Notes under the pieces: model-generated | Database searches by the model: none | The model's input: only the letters and a program-made list of their open reading frames with translations | Told to the model about the DNA's origin: nothing | Shown: positions 1-9,827 of the stretch, one piece after another | Numbering within the stretch: position 1 is the first letter of the stretch | How the letters are laid out: every line of letters starts with the position of its first letter | Program-made: the position numbers and the translations under genes | Source of the DNA: a bacterium | GTDB taxonomy: Bacteria; UBA8248 | Reading direction: 5' to 3' | NCBI GenBank assembly: GCA_965204535.1 | Contig: CBDBEV010000001.1 | Coordinates: 1,344,001-1,408,000, forward strand | Length of the DNA: 64,000 nucleotides

Positions 1-504
1 GTGCGGGAAGCGGCGGGGCGCGTCCGGGGCTGGCTCATGGAGCGTGAAACCGCCCTTTACGCCAGTTCGCTCACCCGCTCCGTGAAAACGGCGGAGATTC
101 TTTCCGGCGCGATGGGGTTGGGCCTCAAGCCCGTGATCGTTCCCGATATCGCCGAGCTTCACCTGGGCGATTGGGAGGGGGAGACGTATGCCAGCCTCAA
201 CGAAAAAGAACCCGAGCGGCTGGACGAGCATTACAGGAATTTCGTCCACTCCAAACCGCCGGGCGGCGGGGAGTGCGTGGCGGAACTCGCCGCGCGTGTC
301 TTGCCCGCGTTTCGCGAAATCTGCGCCCGGGAGAAGGACAAAAACGTCATCGTCTGCGCCCATGCGGCGGTGAACCGGGTGATCCTGTGCGATGCGCTGG
401 GCGCCCCGCTCGAGAGCTTTTTTCGGCTGGAGCAGGATTTTGCTGCCCTGAACGTGATTGATCTGCGCGAGAATGCGCCCCTCGTCCGCGCAATGAACGT
501 CTAA
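1..504 (+). CDS. Histidine phosphatase family protein (CobC/phosphoglycerate mutase-like), 5'-truncated by the window edge
   Basis: Motifs YASSLTRSVKTA, ELHLGDWEG, PPGGGE and VCAHAAVNR are typical of the His-phosphatase superfamily; the RHG N-terminus lies outside the window. Confidence 0.85.
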   Translation: MREAAGRVRGWLMERETALYASSLTRSVKTAEILSGAMGLGLKPVIVPDIAELHLGDWEGETYASLNEKEPERLDEHYRNFVHSKPPGGGECVAELAARVLPAFREICAREKDKNVIVCAHAAVNRVILCDALGAPLESFFRLEQDFAALNVIDLRENAPLVRAMNV

Positions 505-573
505 CGCGCCGCGCGCCTCGGGTGTGGGGCCTCGAAAGAGACGCTTCTAACGACGCTTACCCAGAAAAATCGC

Positions 574-996
574 TCAGGTATTTTCTTCTCTGGCCGCTTC
601 GTCCATGGCCGATAAGATGTCCGTCTGGGAGAAGTCATCCCCCTTGAACAGGAGCGGCGCATCCAGATACTTGGCCAGGGCGTAGGAAAAGCAGTCGCCA
701 TAGTTCAGGGCGGCGCTATGGCCGGTACCTTTACCAAAACGCCTGTAAGCGTCAAAAGCAATATCGGCGATTCGAGGCGACACTTCCATGACTGTCGTGC
801 CGCTCTTTTGGAAAAAAGCGTCCAATGCCAAGGTGGCGCTGTCATTGAATCGGGCAAATAAAATGATGCGGGTTTCGAGCAGGTTTGCGGCGCTGATGCA
901 AGTGACCGCCGCCTTTTCAATCAGTTCATTGAAGGCGCGTCTTTCGGGCTCATTGCCCATGATGGCGATGAGCGCCGATGTGTCGACGACAATCAC
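574..996 (-). CDS. vapC: VapC PIN-domain toxin
   Basis: IVVDTSALIAI start and GKGTGHSAALNYGDCFSYALAK...LLFKGDDF; overlaps the upstream antitoxin by 4 nt. Confidence 0.93.
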   Translation of the reverse strand: MIVVDTSALIAIMGNEPERRAFNELIEKAAVTCISAANLLETRIILFARFNDSATLALDAFFQKSGTTVMEVSPRIADIAFDAYRRFGKGTGHSAALNYGDCFSYALAKYLDAPLLFKGDDFSQTDILSAMDEAAREENT

Positions 997-1247
997 GCGG
1001 GCAAACCGCTTTCGTCATACCCGATGATCTCATCGTTGCTTCGCCCGTCACGCCTTGGCAGACTGGCGCAATACAGGGCGATGCGGTCCAGTTCATCGGC
1101 AAGCGGTGTCCCGCCTTGGCTCTTCTCCACCTGCGCCAGCTTCTCCTGTATGGCGCGCTTGACGGCCTTGGCGATGGATTCTCCGGTCAGGCTCGCGAGC
1201 CTCTTCGCCAGCGCATGGGTGTCGTCATCTTTGATGTTCAGTGGCAT
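993..1247 (-). CDS. vapB: VapB antitoxin (Rv0623-like)
   Basis: 84 aa, LNIKDDDTHALAKRLASLTGES and C-terminal IIGYDESGLP; coupled to vapC. Confidence 0.9.
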   Translation of the reverse strand: MPLNIKDDDTHALAKRLASLTGESIAKAVKRAIQEKLAQVEKSQGGTPLADELDRIALYCASLPRRDGRSNDEIIGYDESGLPA

Positions 1248-1358
1248 GGCTTATTCCTCCATAAAGTAATTATAGGAGGAATGGAGGAAAACGTCAATTC
1301 TGATTCACAATTTATGTTGAGAGCCAAGTCCTCTCATTGAGGGGAAGCTCTCGAAACC

Positions 1359-2327
1359 TTACTTCCCCCTGAAGGCTTTGATGATCGCCGCCCCCTCGGC
1401 GCCTGCGGCCTTGGTCCATTCGGCGGACATGGTTTCGCCGATTTTGGCCAGATCGGCGGCGAGTTGCTCACCCGGCTTCTCCACGCTCATGCCGCCCGCG
1501 GCGAGTTGTTCGAGATAAAAGCCGGTCAACTCGCGCGCCCGCGCCGTTCCCGCCGCTTCGGCCAGCAGCGCCGAGGAGCGCAGGCAGTTTCGGGCGTGTG
1601 CGTCGAGCGCATCGAAGACGCGCTTGCCCGCGAACACGTAGTTGCGCGGCAGCCAGGCGCGCAAATCGTAGAAATGGCTCATGCGCTTCCAGAGCTTGTG
1701 GTAATAACCGGTCGCGCTCGAAGTGATGAAGGCCTCCACCTTCCCGCTTGCGAGCGCCCGGTCGAGTTCGGCGAGTTCGATGTGCACCGAGGGCATTCCG
1801 GCGAGAGCAGCGAAACGCGCCGTCGCGGCGTTGTAGGCGCGGAACTTGATCCCGCGCATGTCGGCGACGCCGCCGATGGCGCGCTTGAAATACATTCCTT
1901 GCGGCGGCCAGGGCACGGAGTAGAGCAGCACGAGGTTCTGCGCGGCGAGAATCTTCGTCAACCGGCCCTTTGCCGCACGCCAGAGCTTCTCGGATGCCTC
2001 GAAGGACGTGGCCAGCAGCGGCACGGAGTCGAAGCCGAAGACGGCGTTTTCGTTCTGGTGCGCGCTCAGCAGCCGCTCGCCGATGGGCGCTTTGCCGTCC
2101 TGTACGGCGCGCTTGATCCCGCCGCCCTTGATGAGGGAACCGCCGGGATGCACGGCGATATCGAGCTTCCCGCCGGTGCATACGCCCACCGCCTCGGCGA
2201 AGAGTCTGGCGTTTTGCGTGTGGTAGTTGGCGTCTCCATACGCTGTCGGCATGTTCCATTTTTCCGCCGCATGGGCCGCGCTCGCCCAGAGGAGCAGGCC
2301 CGCGGCCAGTCCCGTCAACCATTTCAT
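1359..2327 (-). CDS. TRAP transporter substrate-binding protein (DctP family)
   Basis: Signal peptide ending AAHA, WNMPTAYGDANYHT, HPGGSL, KFRAYN; no DctQ/DctM adjacent. Confidence 0.9.
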   Translation of the reverse strand: MKWLTGLAAGLLLWASAAHAAEKWNMPTAYGDANYHTQNARLFAEAVGVCTGGKLDIAVHPGGSLIKGGGIKRAVQDGKAPIGERLLSAHQNENAVFGFDSVPLLATSFEASEKLWRAAKGRLTKILAAQNLVLLYSVPWPPQGMYFKRAIGGVADMRGIKFRAYNAATARFAALAGMPSVHIELAELDRALASGKVEAFITSSATGYYHKLWKRMSHFYDLRAWLPRNYVFAGKRVFDALDAHARNCLRSSALLAEAAGTARARELTGFYLEQLAAGGMSVEKPGEQLAADLAKIGETMSAEWTKAAGAEGAAIIKAFRGK

Positions 2328-2512
2328 GCTCGATTCTCCCGTTGTCCAAACGCCGTGATGGTCGTCGATTGAAGCAGACGATGTGCAGAAATGCTTCTCG
2401 TTGTTTTATACTGATGAGCCGCCGGAAGACTGTCAATCGGCGTGGCGGGCGACTCGTCGGCACGTCGGTGGTCTAACGGATATATATTTGTTGACCTGCT
2501 GTTCGATCCTTT

Positions 2513-3394
2513 TCAATTTCTCAAGCCGAGGGCGCGCAACCAGGTATCGACCTGCCCAAAGGCGTCTTGCTGCCATTGATCGGGTGTCCGTTCTTGTAGA
2601 ATTCGGGTCTCTTCAACGAAGCGACGCACGGATGTCGGGCCGAAACTTTCGACGGTCTCGAACTTCGCATTGATATGTTCGTAACCGGCGACGGCGTCTT
2701 GGTACTCGATCAGTGGACGGCAGGCTTCGGCCAATGCGCCGTGGCCACCCGGAAAATTGCGAACGCAATAGTAGACATCGTAGGCATCTTTTTGTTTGTA
2801 GCGTCCCTCGAGCGCGAAACCCTTCATCGCGAGTAACGCGGGGATTGACGCGACGGCGATGCGGACGCGATTGTGGCCACCTCCGGGCATCAAACCCTCG
2901 ATCTGGATCATTTCGTAAAATCTCAGGGCGAGTTCAGCACCGTCGGCGCGGATGACGGCGAATTTGTCGATGATCGCTGGCCGGTTTTTCACGATTTTGG
3001 CATTCCGCGGCATCAGAAAATCAACGAAGATGGGAATCGGTGGTCCGTCATCTGTTGCTGATACTTGCCGCACAAGCTGAAATTTCTGCTGATTATCGCC
3101 TTGGGCGTAGCCGTGCCGGAGCAGAGCTTCGACGAGGTGAGCGTATTCACCATCGCCTAGGGCCTCGGCGTCGAGGCCGAGGTCGACATCAAACGTGCCC
3201 GCATGACGCATTGCTTCATTGTCGAGAAGAAGCCAAGGAACAGCGCCTCCGACGACGGTGAATCTGCCTTTGAAACTGCCGAGGATTTGTCCGATTTCAA
3301 TGAGAACGGATTTTACCGCTTGGGTTGTTTCGTTCGCGTAGTCGGACGCCGATTGCGGTTCGTTTTTATCGGGTCCCGCGTCGCTCAGCGCCAT
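2513..3394 (-). CDS. AbiEii-like nucleotidyltransferase (type IV TA toxin)
   Basis: VVGG...HAGTFDVDL polymerase-beta NTase motif and KQKDAYD; ATG at 3394 overlaps the end of the upstream antitoxin. Confidence 0.8.
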   Translation of the reverse strand: MALSDAGPDKNEPQSASDYANETTQAVKSVLIEIGQILGSFKGRFTVVGGAVPWLLLDNEAMRHAGTFDVDLGLDAEALGDGEYAHLVEALLRHGYAQGDNQQKFQLVRQVSATDDGPPIPIFVDFLMPRNAKIVKNRPAIIDKFAVIRADGAELALRFYEMIQIEGLMPGGGHNRVRIAVASIPALLAMKGFALEGRYKQKDAYDVYYCVRNFPGGHGALAEACRPLIEYQDAVAGYEHINAKFETVESFGPTSVRRFVEETRILQERTPDQWQQDAFGQVDTWLRALGLRN

Positions 3395-4467
3395 GTCAGA
3401 GTCTCTCGCCTTAGATGATCGGCTGATTCCGTCCCCCGCTCTCCTGATATTGTGAGGTCGAGGTAGGTCTGTACCGGACTCGTGCATATCACGCCGGATG
3501 AGGGTTCGATCGTGTCTTCCAGGATGTTCCTGTCTTTCAAAATGAGGACTTCGACGTTCTCGCCCTTCTCAACGCTCGATGTCCTCAACGCATCTGCTAT
3601 TCGCGCCATGCCTTTTTCGTCGGCGTAGAAGTATTCGGTGCCTGTCCTGAGATAAGGCGCAAGCCGACGCGCCGCCGAAAATGACGCGAAAACCGCAGAC
3701 TGTTCAGACGATTGCAATGAAAAAACATTTTTAGCGGCATTATCGAATGCCGGACCGTGGAGGCTGGTGTAGAATTTTATTATGTCACCGGCCGGGCGAC
3801 GATATACATCGCGCCAGGAATCCATCAGTGCGTCAGGGTCGGCAAGAGCCACGCCATTTTCCCGTTTTTGCGCCCATTCTCGGTTCAGCAATACTTTACG
3901 AATCCTGCTTACATGACCAATACTTGCATTGGCGGCATCGGCGAGTTCCGTGATGCGCCACGCACGCTTTGGGTTGCGCAGCATAACGCGCAGAACGTGT
4001 GCCGCCTTCGGACGGAACAACGATCTCAAATCTCGCCGTTCCGGGGGAGGTCGGTCCGCGACGCTTGTATCGATTAAGATGCCGGGTGCCTGGAAGAGCG
4101 CATTGCCGTAGAGATCGAGATAGCCGACTCCATGCTCGACACAGATCGCGCGTGATTTTTCCGATAGAAAGGGCGCGATGAGGATTGGTTTCGCGGCGGA
4201 ATTTATGCGATTCACGTAATCACGGAGTTGCAGCGCGGCGAAGCGTACGTGGCGGGGTTGCCCGTCGCTCTTTACTTCGCAAACGAGCTTGTATGGACGG
4301 CCGAATATGCTGACCGATACAAGAAAATCCATTCCTCGGTCGGGAGCTATCCAGGCTTCAGACTCGACCTCCCCGATTTCAATTTCGGGACTGCGGTCGA
4401 ACAGTCTCTGCAAGGCTTCGATAGCGCGAGTTTGCAATTCTTTTTCCGAATAATGTGATTTCATCAT
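3385..4467 (-). CDS. AbiEi-like antitoxin/transcriptional regulator (type IV TA)
   Basis: N-terminal D...EVK endonuclease-like segment, central HTH (WRITELADAANASIGHVSRIRKVL), C-terminal SPVQTYLDL...GERG; paired with the NTase. Confidence 0.8.
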   Translation of the reverse strand: MMKSHYSEKELQTRAIEALQRLFDRSPEIEIGEVESEAWIAPDRGMDFLVSVSIFGRPYKLVCEVKSDGQPRHVRFAALQLRDYVNRINSAAKPILIAPFLSEKSRAICVEHGVGYLDLYGNALFQAPGILIDTSVADRPPPERRDLRSLFRPKAAHVLRVMLRNPKRAWRITELADAANASIGHVSRIRKVLLNREWAQKRENGVALADPDALMDSWRDVYRRPAGDIIKFYTSLHGPAFDNAAKNVFSLQSSEQSAVFASFSAARRLAPYLRTGTEYFYADEKGMARIADALRTSSVEKGENVEVLILKDRNILEDTIEPSSGVICTSPVQTYLDLTISGERGTESADHLRRETLTWR

Positions 4468-4469
4468 CT

Positions 4470-4558
4470 GGTGAAGATACTATTTTTAGTGAAATTTGTC
4501 AAATTTTCACTAAAATATATAATTTTATCTTTCGGTGAAAATACTTTTTTAATGAAAT
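4470..4558. promoter_or_regulatory. AT-rich promoter/operator of the AbiE pair
   Basis: Inverted repeat TTTTAGTGAAA (4484-4494)/TTTCACTAAAA (4505-4515); imperfect direct repeat GGTGAA.ATACT.TTTT..TGAAAT at 4470-4495 and 4534-4558. Confidence 0.6.
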
Positions 4559-4854
4559 ATATAAATAGCTCCCATTCAGAAGCCCTTCGTGTTGAAAATC
4601 CAAAGCTCGGCTACATGGACGGGAAGAGAGCTGTCGAATTTCTGGAACCCTGAGAGTCGCCTTCGAAAATTATCTGGTTTCTTCTATCCAGACCGAGCTT
4701 TAATAAAAAGAAAAATCCGGTTATTCTTCCACTTGAAAAGTGAAGGTTTTGTGAACTTTTCTTTGCCGTTTCTGCAAGAAAAGGATTCGGCGAACCACGA
4801 GTCGTGGAACGCTTGTTCTCAGAGGACCCTCATATCTTCCTTTTGGAGGGTCCC

Positions 4855-6153
4855 ATGCGTCTCATCGAAAAAATCCAAAAGAAACAGGTTCGCGCATGCG
4901 TGATGGGTTTGGGGTACGTCGGTCTCCCGCTCGCACTGGAGTTCGTGCGCGCAGGCTACCGGGTCGTCGGGCTGGATTCAGACCCCCGCCGCGTTCGCGA
5001 TCTACGAGAGGCGAAGAGCCACATCCTGGACGTTCCCTCTCAAAGCCTGGCGGAAGGGCTGGGGACGGGTCGGCTCGAGTTCACCTGCGATCAGCGAGTG
5101 CTTGCGGAAGTGGATACCGTCAGCATTTGCGTTCCCACGCCGTTGGGCAAGACGGGAGACCCGGATTTGTCTTTCGTGCAATCGGCGGTCGAGAGCATCA
5201 GGCGACATCGACGAAGGGGACAGCTCTACGTGCTCGAAAGCACCACCTATCCGGGGGCGACCGAGGAGATCGTTCTGCCCGTTTTGTCCGGAGATGGCTG
5301 GAAGGTGGGCGAAGATTTCCACCTCGTTTTCTCGCCCGAGCGCGTGGACCCCGGCAACGAGCGATATGCCGCGAGAAACATACCGAAAGTGGTGGGCGGC
5401 GTAACGCCGAAATGCGCCGAATGCGCCTGTGCCTTGTATGAGCGCGCCGTCGCGCAAATCGTGCGGGTCGCCTCGCCGCGGGTCGCGGAGATGGTGAAAC
5501 TGCTCGAAAATACGTTTCGCAGCGTCAACATCGCCCTTGTGAACGAGGTGGCGAAGATGTGCCACCTCCTCGAGGTGGATGTATGGGAGGTGATTGAGGC
5601 GGCGAAAACGAAGCCTTTCGGCTTCATGCCCTTTTACCCCGGGCCGGGTCTCGGCGGGCACTGCATTCCCGTGGACCCGGTTTATTTGTCCTGGAAGGCG
5701 CGGCAGGCGGGATTCGAGGCGAGGTTCATCGAACTGGCCGATGAGGTGAATAACTCGATGCCGCGGTTCGTCGTGGAACTCACGTCCAAGGCGCTGCGCA
5801 AGACGGGCAAGGCGATCGAGGGAGCGAGGATCCTGCTCGCGGGGGTGACGTACAAGGCGGACGTGTCCGACATCAGGGAGAGCCCCGCCCTCGACGTCTG
5901 GGTCGGTCTGGAGCACCTCGGAGCGGTCGTTTCCTATTCGGACCCTTATGTGCCGGCAATCGACGCTCCCCCGATAAGGGCGCATTCGCGGCCCGTCAGC
6001 GCCGATTCGTTGCGTGAATACGATTGCGTGGTTGTGCTCGCGAACCACAAATCACTGGATAGAGAGTGTATCCACGCCCATGCAAACTGCATCGTGGATA
6101 CACGCAACGCCTTTGCGGATTTCCGTCAAAACGGCCGTTTGTTCAAACTTTGA
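4855..6153 (+). CDS. Nucleotide-sugar dehydrogenase (UDP-GlcNAc/ManNAc 6-dehydrogenase, WbpA/WecC-like)
   Basis: GLGYVGLP Rossmann motif, ICVPTP, ESTTYPG, SPERVDPGN, GGHCIPVDP; RBS GGAGG before ATG 4855. Confidence 0.92.
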   Translation: MRLIEKIQKKQVRACVMGLGYVGLPLALEFVRAGYRVVGLDSDPRRVRDLREAKSHILDVPSQSLAEGLGTGRLEFTCDQRVLAEVDTVSICVPTPLGKTGDPDLSFVQSAVESIRRHRRRGQLYVLESTTYPGATEEIVLPVLSGDGWKVGEDFHLVFSPERVDPGNERYAARNIPKVVGGVTPKCAECACALYERAVAQIVRVASPRVAEMVKLLENTFRSVNIALVNEVAKMCHLLEVDVWEVIEAAKTKPFGFMPFYPGPGLGGHCIPVDPVYLSWKARQAGFEARFIELADEVNNSMPRFVVELTSKALRKTGKAIEGARILLAGVTYKADVSDIRESPALDVWVGLEHLGAVVSYSDPYVPAIDAPPIRAHSRPVSADSLREYDCVVVLANHKSLDRECIHAHANCIVDTRNAFADFRQNGRLFKL

Positions 6154-6354
6154 TGCGCTCTCTTTGTGGCGATGATTTCGCATCGACGGGGTCTTTAGGC
6201 TTAGGCTGTTCAAAAACAATTGGATGCGCAGTTTGTCGTCCGCATTGAAAATTCCGCCCGAGGCGGTTGACATCGCCCGGCCATCTGGGGTTTATATACT
6301 CCTTCGTCTTCTCCAGAGAAGATTATTTGTGAGCAAAACAAGAGAAGAGAACCA

Positions 6355-6804
6355 ATGAGAATGTACCAGAAGACAGCGAGCCTCACGAAAGAGCAGGCCA
6401 ACGCCCAGCGCGGCTGGGTGCTGGTGGATGCGAAGGATCAGACCCTGGGGCGTCTCTGCACGCGAGTGGCGACGCTGCTGCGCGGGAAGCACAAGCCCGA
6501 CTGGACGCCCCATGTCGACAATGGCGAGTATGTGGTCGTCATCAATGCGGAGCGCATCGTGCTCACGGGCCGCAAACTTTCGGACAAGAAGTATTACCGC
6601 CACTCCGGCTACCCGGGGCATCTCAAGGAAATAAGCGCGGGGCGCATGCTGGAAACGCACCCCGAGCGCGTGATAGAACGCGCCGTGCGGGGCATGTTGC
6701 CCAAAAACAAGCTGGGGCGTTCCTTGCTGCAAAAGCTCAAGGTATATGCGGGTGACAAGCATCCGCATGAGGCGCAGCAGCCCGAAGCGATTCAGTTGGA
6801 CTGA
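6355..6804 (+). CDS. rplM: 50S ribosomal protein L13
   Basis: [43 protein letters not shown]. Confidence 0.98.
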   Translation: MRMYQKTASLTKEQANAQRGWVLVDAKDQTLGRLCTRVATLLRGKHKPDWTPHVDNGEYVVVINAERIVLTGRKLSDKKYYRHSGYPGHLKEISAGRMLETHPERVIERAVRGMLPKNKLGRSLLQKLKVYAGDKHPHEAQQPEAIQLD

Positions 6805-6829
6805 ATTCCAAGAGGTTGATGAAGCAGAC

Positions 6830-7225
6830 ATGGCCACGATACCGAAGCACTACGCCACGGGAAAACGCAAAACGGCCGTCGCGCGCGTCTGGATAGAGCC
6901 CGGCGACGGCAGGATCCTGGTAAACAACACGCCTGCGGACGAGTATTTCCTCCGCGACACCTCGCTCATGGTGATCAAGCAGCCCTTCGAGTTGACTGAA
7001 ACCTGGGGCAGCTACGACGTGCGGGCAACCGTGAAGGGCGGGGGACTCACCGGTCAGGCGGGCGCCGTTCGTCACGGGATTTCAAAAGCCCTGCTGAGCG
7101 TGGACCCCGCATTTCGGACGATTCTCAAGAAAGCGGGTCTCATCACGCGCGATTCCCGTGTCAAAGAGCGTAAAAAATATGGTTTGAAAGGCGCGCGCAA
7201 GAGCTTCCAGTTCTCCAAGCGCTAA
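6830..7225 (+). CDS. rpsI: 30S ribosomal protein S9
   Basis: [44 protein letters not shown]. Confidence 0.98.
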   Translation: MATIPKHYATGKRKTAVARVWIEPGDGRILVNNTPADEYFLRDTSLMVIKQPFELTETWGSYDVRATVKGGGLTGQAGAVRHGISKALLSVDPAFRTILKKAGLITRDSRVKERKKYGLKGARKSFQFSKR

Positions 7226-7244
7226 CCACTGCGGTGGTCGATTC

Positions 7245-7273
7245 GGGGGCTGGCTTTGCCGGCCCCTTTTTTT
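7245..7273 (+). terminator. Intrinsic terminator after rpsI
   Basis: GGGGCTGGC-TTT-GCCGGCCCC hairpin followed by a T-run. Confidence 0.8.
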
Positions 7274-7355
7274 GTGCGAAAAAATGAATTGTGGTGGATA
7301 CTTGCTCTGATGAGGGTTGGACGCGAAGAGCTTAAGGATTCTGGAGGATAAGGAG

Positions 7356-8393
7356 ATGCCGAAAATCGCCGTGGTGGGCGCCACGGGATATACGGGTTTC
7401 GAGTTGTTGAGGCTCCTCGGATCGCACGGGGGCGTGGAGGTGATGGCTCTCACGTCCGAAACCTATGCCGGTCAGGGGGTGGATGAGGTGTTTCCCGCGC
7501 TCTCTTCCGTTCATGGCGGTACGCTCGTGAAGTTCGAACTCGCCGTCTGCGAGGGAGCCGACGTCGTATTCTGCTGCCTGCCCCACCGGGTGGCGATGAA
7601 CACCGTGCCTTCCCTGCTGGAGGCCGGTCATCGGGTGGTGGATTTTTCCGCCGATTACCGCCTGCGGGATTTCGGCGTTTATGAAGCCTGGTACAAGACG
7701 GAGCACACTTCGCCTGAGAGGATAGCGGATGCCGTATACGGGGTGCCCGAACTATACCGTGAGGAGATCAAAAAAGCGCGCCTCGTCGCGAACCCGGGTT
7801 GCTACCCCACGGGAGCGATTCTGGCCCTGGCCCCGCTGTTGAGGGCGAGACTCATCAGGCCCGACTCCATCATCGTGGATGCAAAATCAGGCGTTTCGGG
7901 AGCAGGAAGAAAAGCCGATTTGAGCCTTCAGTTCGGCGAGGTGAACGAGGGCTTCAAGGCCTATGGGGTGGGAAACCATCGCCATACGCCCGAGATCGAG
8001 CAGGAGTTGTCCGTCGCTCTCGGGGAGGCCGTGCAGGTTTCCTTCACGCCGCATCTGGCGCCCATGACACGGGGGATTCTCTCGACTATTTACGCCGAGG
8101 GCGAGGGCGGCGCGGACGCCTCGGCGGTTCGGGCGGCGCTGCGCGACGCCTATGCGGATGAGCCGTTCATCCGCCTGATGCCCGAGGGCGCGTTTCCCAA
8201 CGTGACGCAGGTAGCCGGCTCGAACTATGTGGACATCGGCCTGGCGCACGATGAACGTACCTCGCGCTTCATCATTGTCGCGGCGATAGACAACTTGGTG
8301 AAGGGAGCATCGGGGGCGGCGGTGCAGAACATGAATCTGATGCTGGGGCTTCCCGAGACGCAAGGTCTCCTGCATCCGGGATTTTGGATGTAA
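7356..8393 (+). CDS. argC: N-acetyl-gamma-glutamyl-phosphate reductase
   Basis: GATGYTG, ANPGCYPT, SGVSGAGR, HRHTPEI, IDNLVKGASG; RBS GGAGG/AAGGAG upstream. Confidence 0.97.
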   Translation: MPKIAVVGATGYTGFELLRLLGSHGGVEVMALTSETYAGQGVDEVFPALSSVHGGTLVKFELAVCEGADVVFCCLPHRVAMNTVPSLLEAGHRVVDFSADYRLRDFGVYEAWYKTEHTSPERIADAVYGVPELYREEIKKARLVANPGCYPTGAILALAPLLRARLIRPDSIIVDAKSGVSGAGRKADLSLQFGEVNEGFKAYGVGNHRHTPEIEQELSVALGEAVQVSFTPHLAPMTRGILSTIYAEGEGGADASAVRAALRDAYADEPFIRLMPEGAFPNVTQVAGSNYVDIGLAHDERTSRFIIVAAIDNLVKGASGAAVQNMNLMLGLPETQGLLHPGFWM

Positions 8394-8416
8394 GCGAAAA
8401 AGAAGGGGTCTTGGTT

Positions 8417-9631
8417 GTGAGTGAAAAAGACTACATTCAGGCGATTGAGGGCGGTGTTTGCGCGGCCGAGGGAGTCCGCGCCGCCTCGGTGACGGCGGGC
8501 ATCAAGCCCTCGGGCAATCCGGATATGGTGCTGCTCGCTTTCGACCCCCCGGCCGCCGCCGCGGGCGTCTACACCCGGAACAAAATGTGCGCCGCTCCCG
8601 TCACCCTGTGCAGGGAGCGGGTCGGAAAGTCGCCTTTGCGGGCGTTTCTCGTCAACAGCGGCAACGCGAACGCCTGTACGGGCGAGCGGGGCTATCGAGA
8701 CGCCGTGAGCCTTTGCGGCGAAGTGGCGGATGCGCTCGACTGCCCGGAAGCGCAGGTCGCCATGTCCTCCACCGGACTCATCGGCGCTCCGCTCCCGGTG
8801 GAACTCATGAAGTCCCAAATTGCCAACCTGGTGTCCGGTCTTTCGGTGGAGGGCGGACACGATGCGGCGGTGGGCATCATGACGACCGACACGCGGCCCA
8901 AGGAGTACGCCGTTCGGGTGAACGCAGAAGAAGGCGTTTTCCACGTCGGCGGCATCACCAAGGGGGCCGGCATGATCGCCCCCGACATGGCGACCATGCT
9001 CGCATACGTCGCCACCGACGCCGTGGTTGCGCAAGGCGACCTCCAGGCCATCCTGCGGGCCGTCGTGCGCAAGACGTTCAACTGCGTGACGATCGACGGC
9101 GACACCTCGACAAACGACACGGCGATTCTGGCCGCCACGGGCGCATCCGGCGTGGCGCTTGAATCGGAGGAAGCCCTGACGCGGTTCGAAGCGGGGCTTT
9201 ACCGGGTATGCAAGGAATTGGCCCTGGCCATCGTTCGCGACGGCGAGGGAGTGAACAAGGTGGTGGAGGTGAAAATCACGGGCGCGGCCAGCGAGGAGCA
9301 GGCGCATCTGGCCGCGAAGTCGGTTTCCGAGAGCCTGTTGGTGAAGACGGCCATTCATGGCGAGATGCCCAACTGGGGCCGGATGTTCGCGGCGGCCGGC
9401 TACAGCGGCGCGGATGTGGCGCCCGAGAAGATGTCGTTGAAATTCGAGGAGGTGGAAGTCATGCGCGACGGCGCGCCCGTTCCGGGCTGGGCCGATTCCC
9501 TGGCGCCTCTGCTCAAACGGCCCGAATACGGCCTCGAACTGGGTCTGGGAGTCGGTGATGCGGAGGCCGTTTTCTGGACGACGGATCTGAGTGCGGATTA
9601 CGTGCGCTTCAACGCGGACTACAAGACGTGA
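8417..9631 (+). CDS. argJ: Ornithine acetyltransferase ArgJ
   Basis: NSGNANACTG, IMTTDT, KGAGMIAPDMAT, DGDTSTND, DGEG, NWGR; exact start uncertain. Confidence 0.96.
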   Translation: MSEKDYIQAIEGGVCAAEGVRAASVTAGIKPSGNPDMVLLAFDPPAAAAGVYTRNKMCAAPVTLCRERVGKSPLRAFLVNSGNANACTGERGYRDAVSLCGEVADALDCPEAQVAMSSTGLIGAPLPVELMKSQIANLVSGLSVEGGHDAAVGIMTTDTRPKEYAVRVNAEEGVFHVGGITKGAGMIAPDMATMLAYVATDAVVAQGDLQAILRAVVRKTFNCVTIDGDTSTNDTAILAATGASGVALESEEALTRFEAGLYRVCKELALAIVRDGEGVNKVVEVKITGAASEEQAHLAAKSVSESLLVKTAIHGEMPNWGRMFAAAGYSGADVAPEKMSLKFEEVEVMRDGAPVPGWADSLAPLLKRPEYGLELGLGVGDAEAVFWTTDLSADYVRFNADYKT

Positions 9632-9827
9632 ACGCTTTTGATTCGGCGACTTGAATCGTCCGGGTTCTTGTGAGACATTCCATCCGCCGAACGATGGCGG
9701 ACGCCGTGGCGGTGGAGCCGGTCGGCGAATTACTCGAATAAAATCAATTGCTTGAAAATTCGGCCTCATCCGCCATGAGGCCGGCAGGGCCCCCCTCGAT
9801 GAAAGGCGGGGCAAAAGGAGTCTTGTC

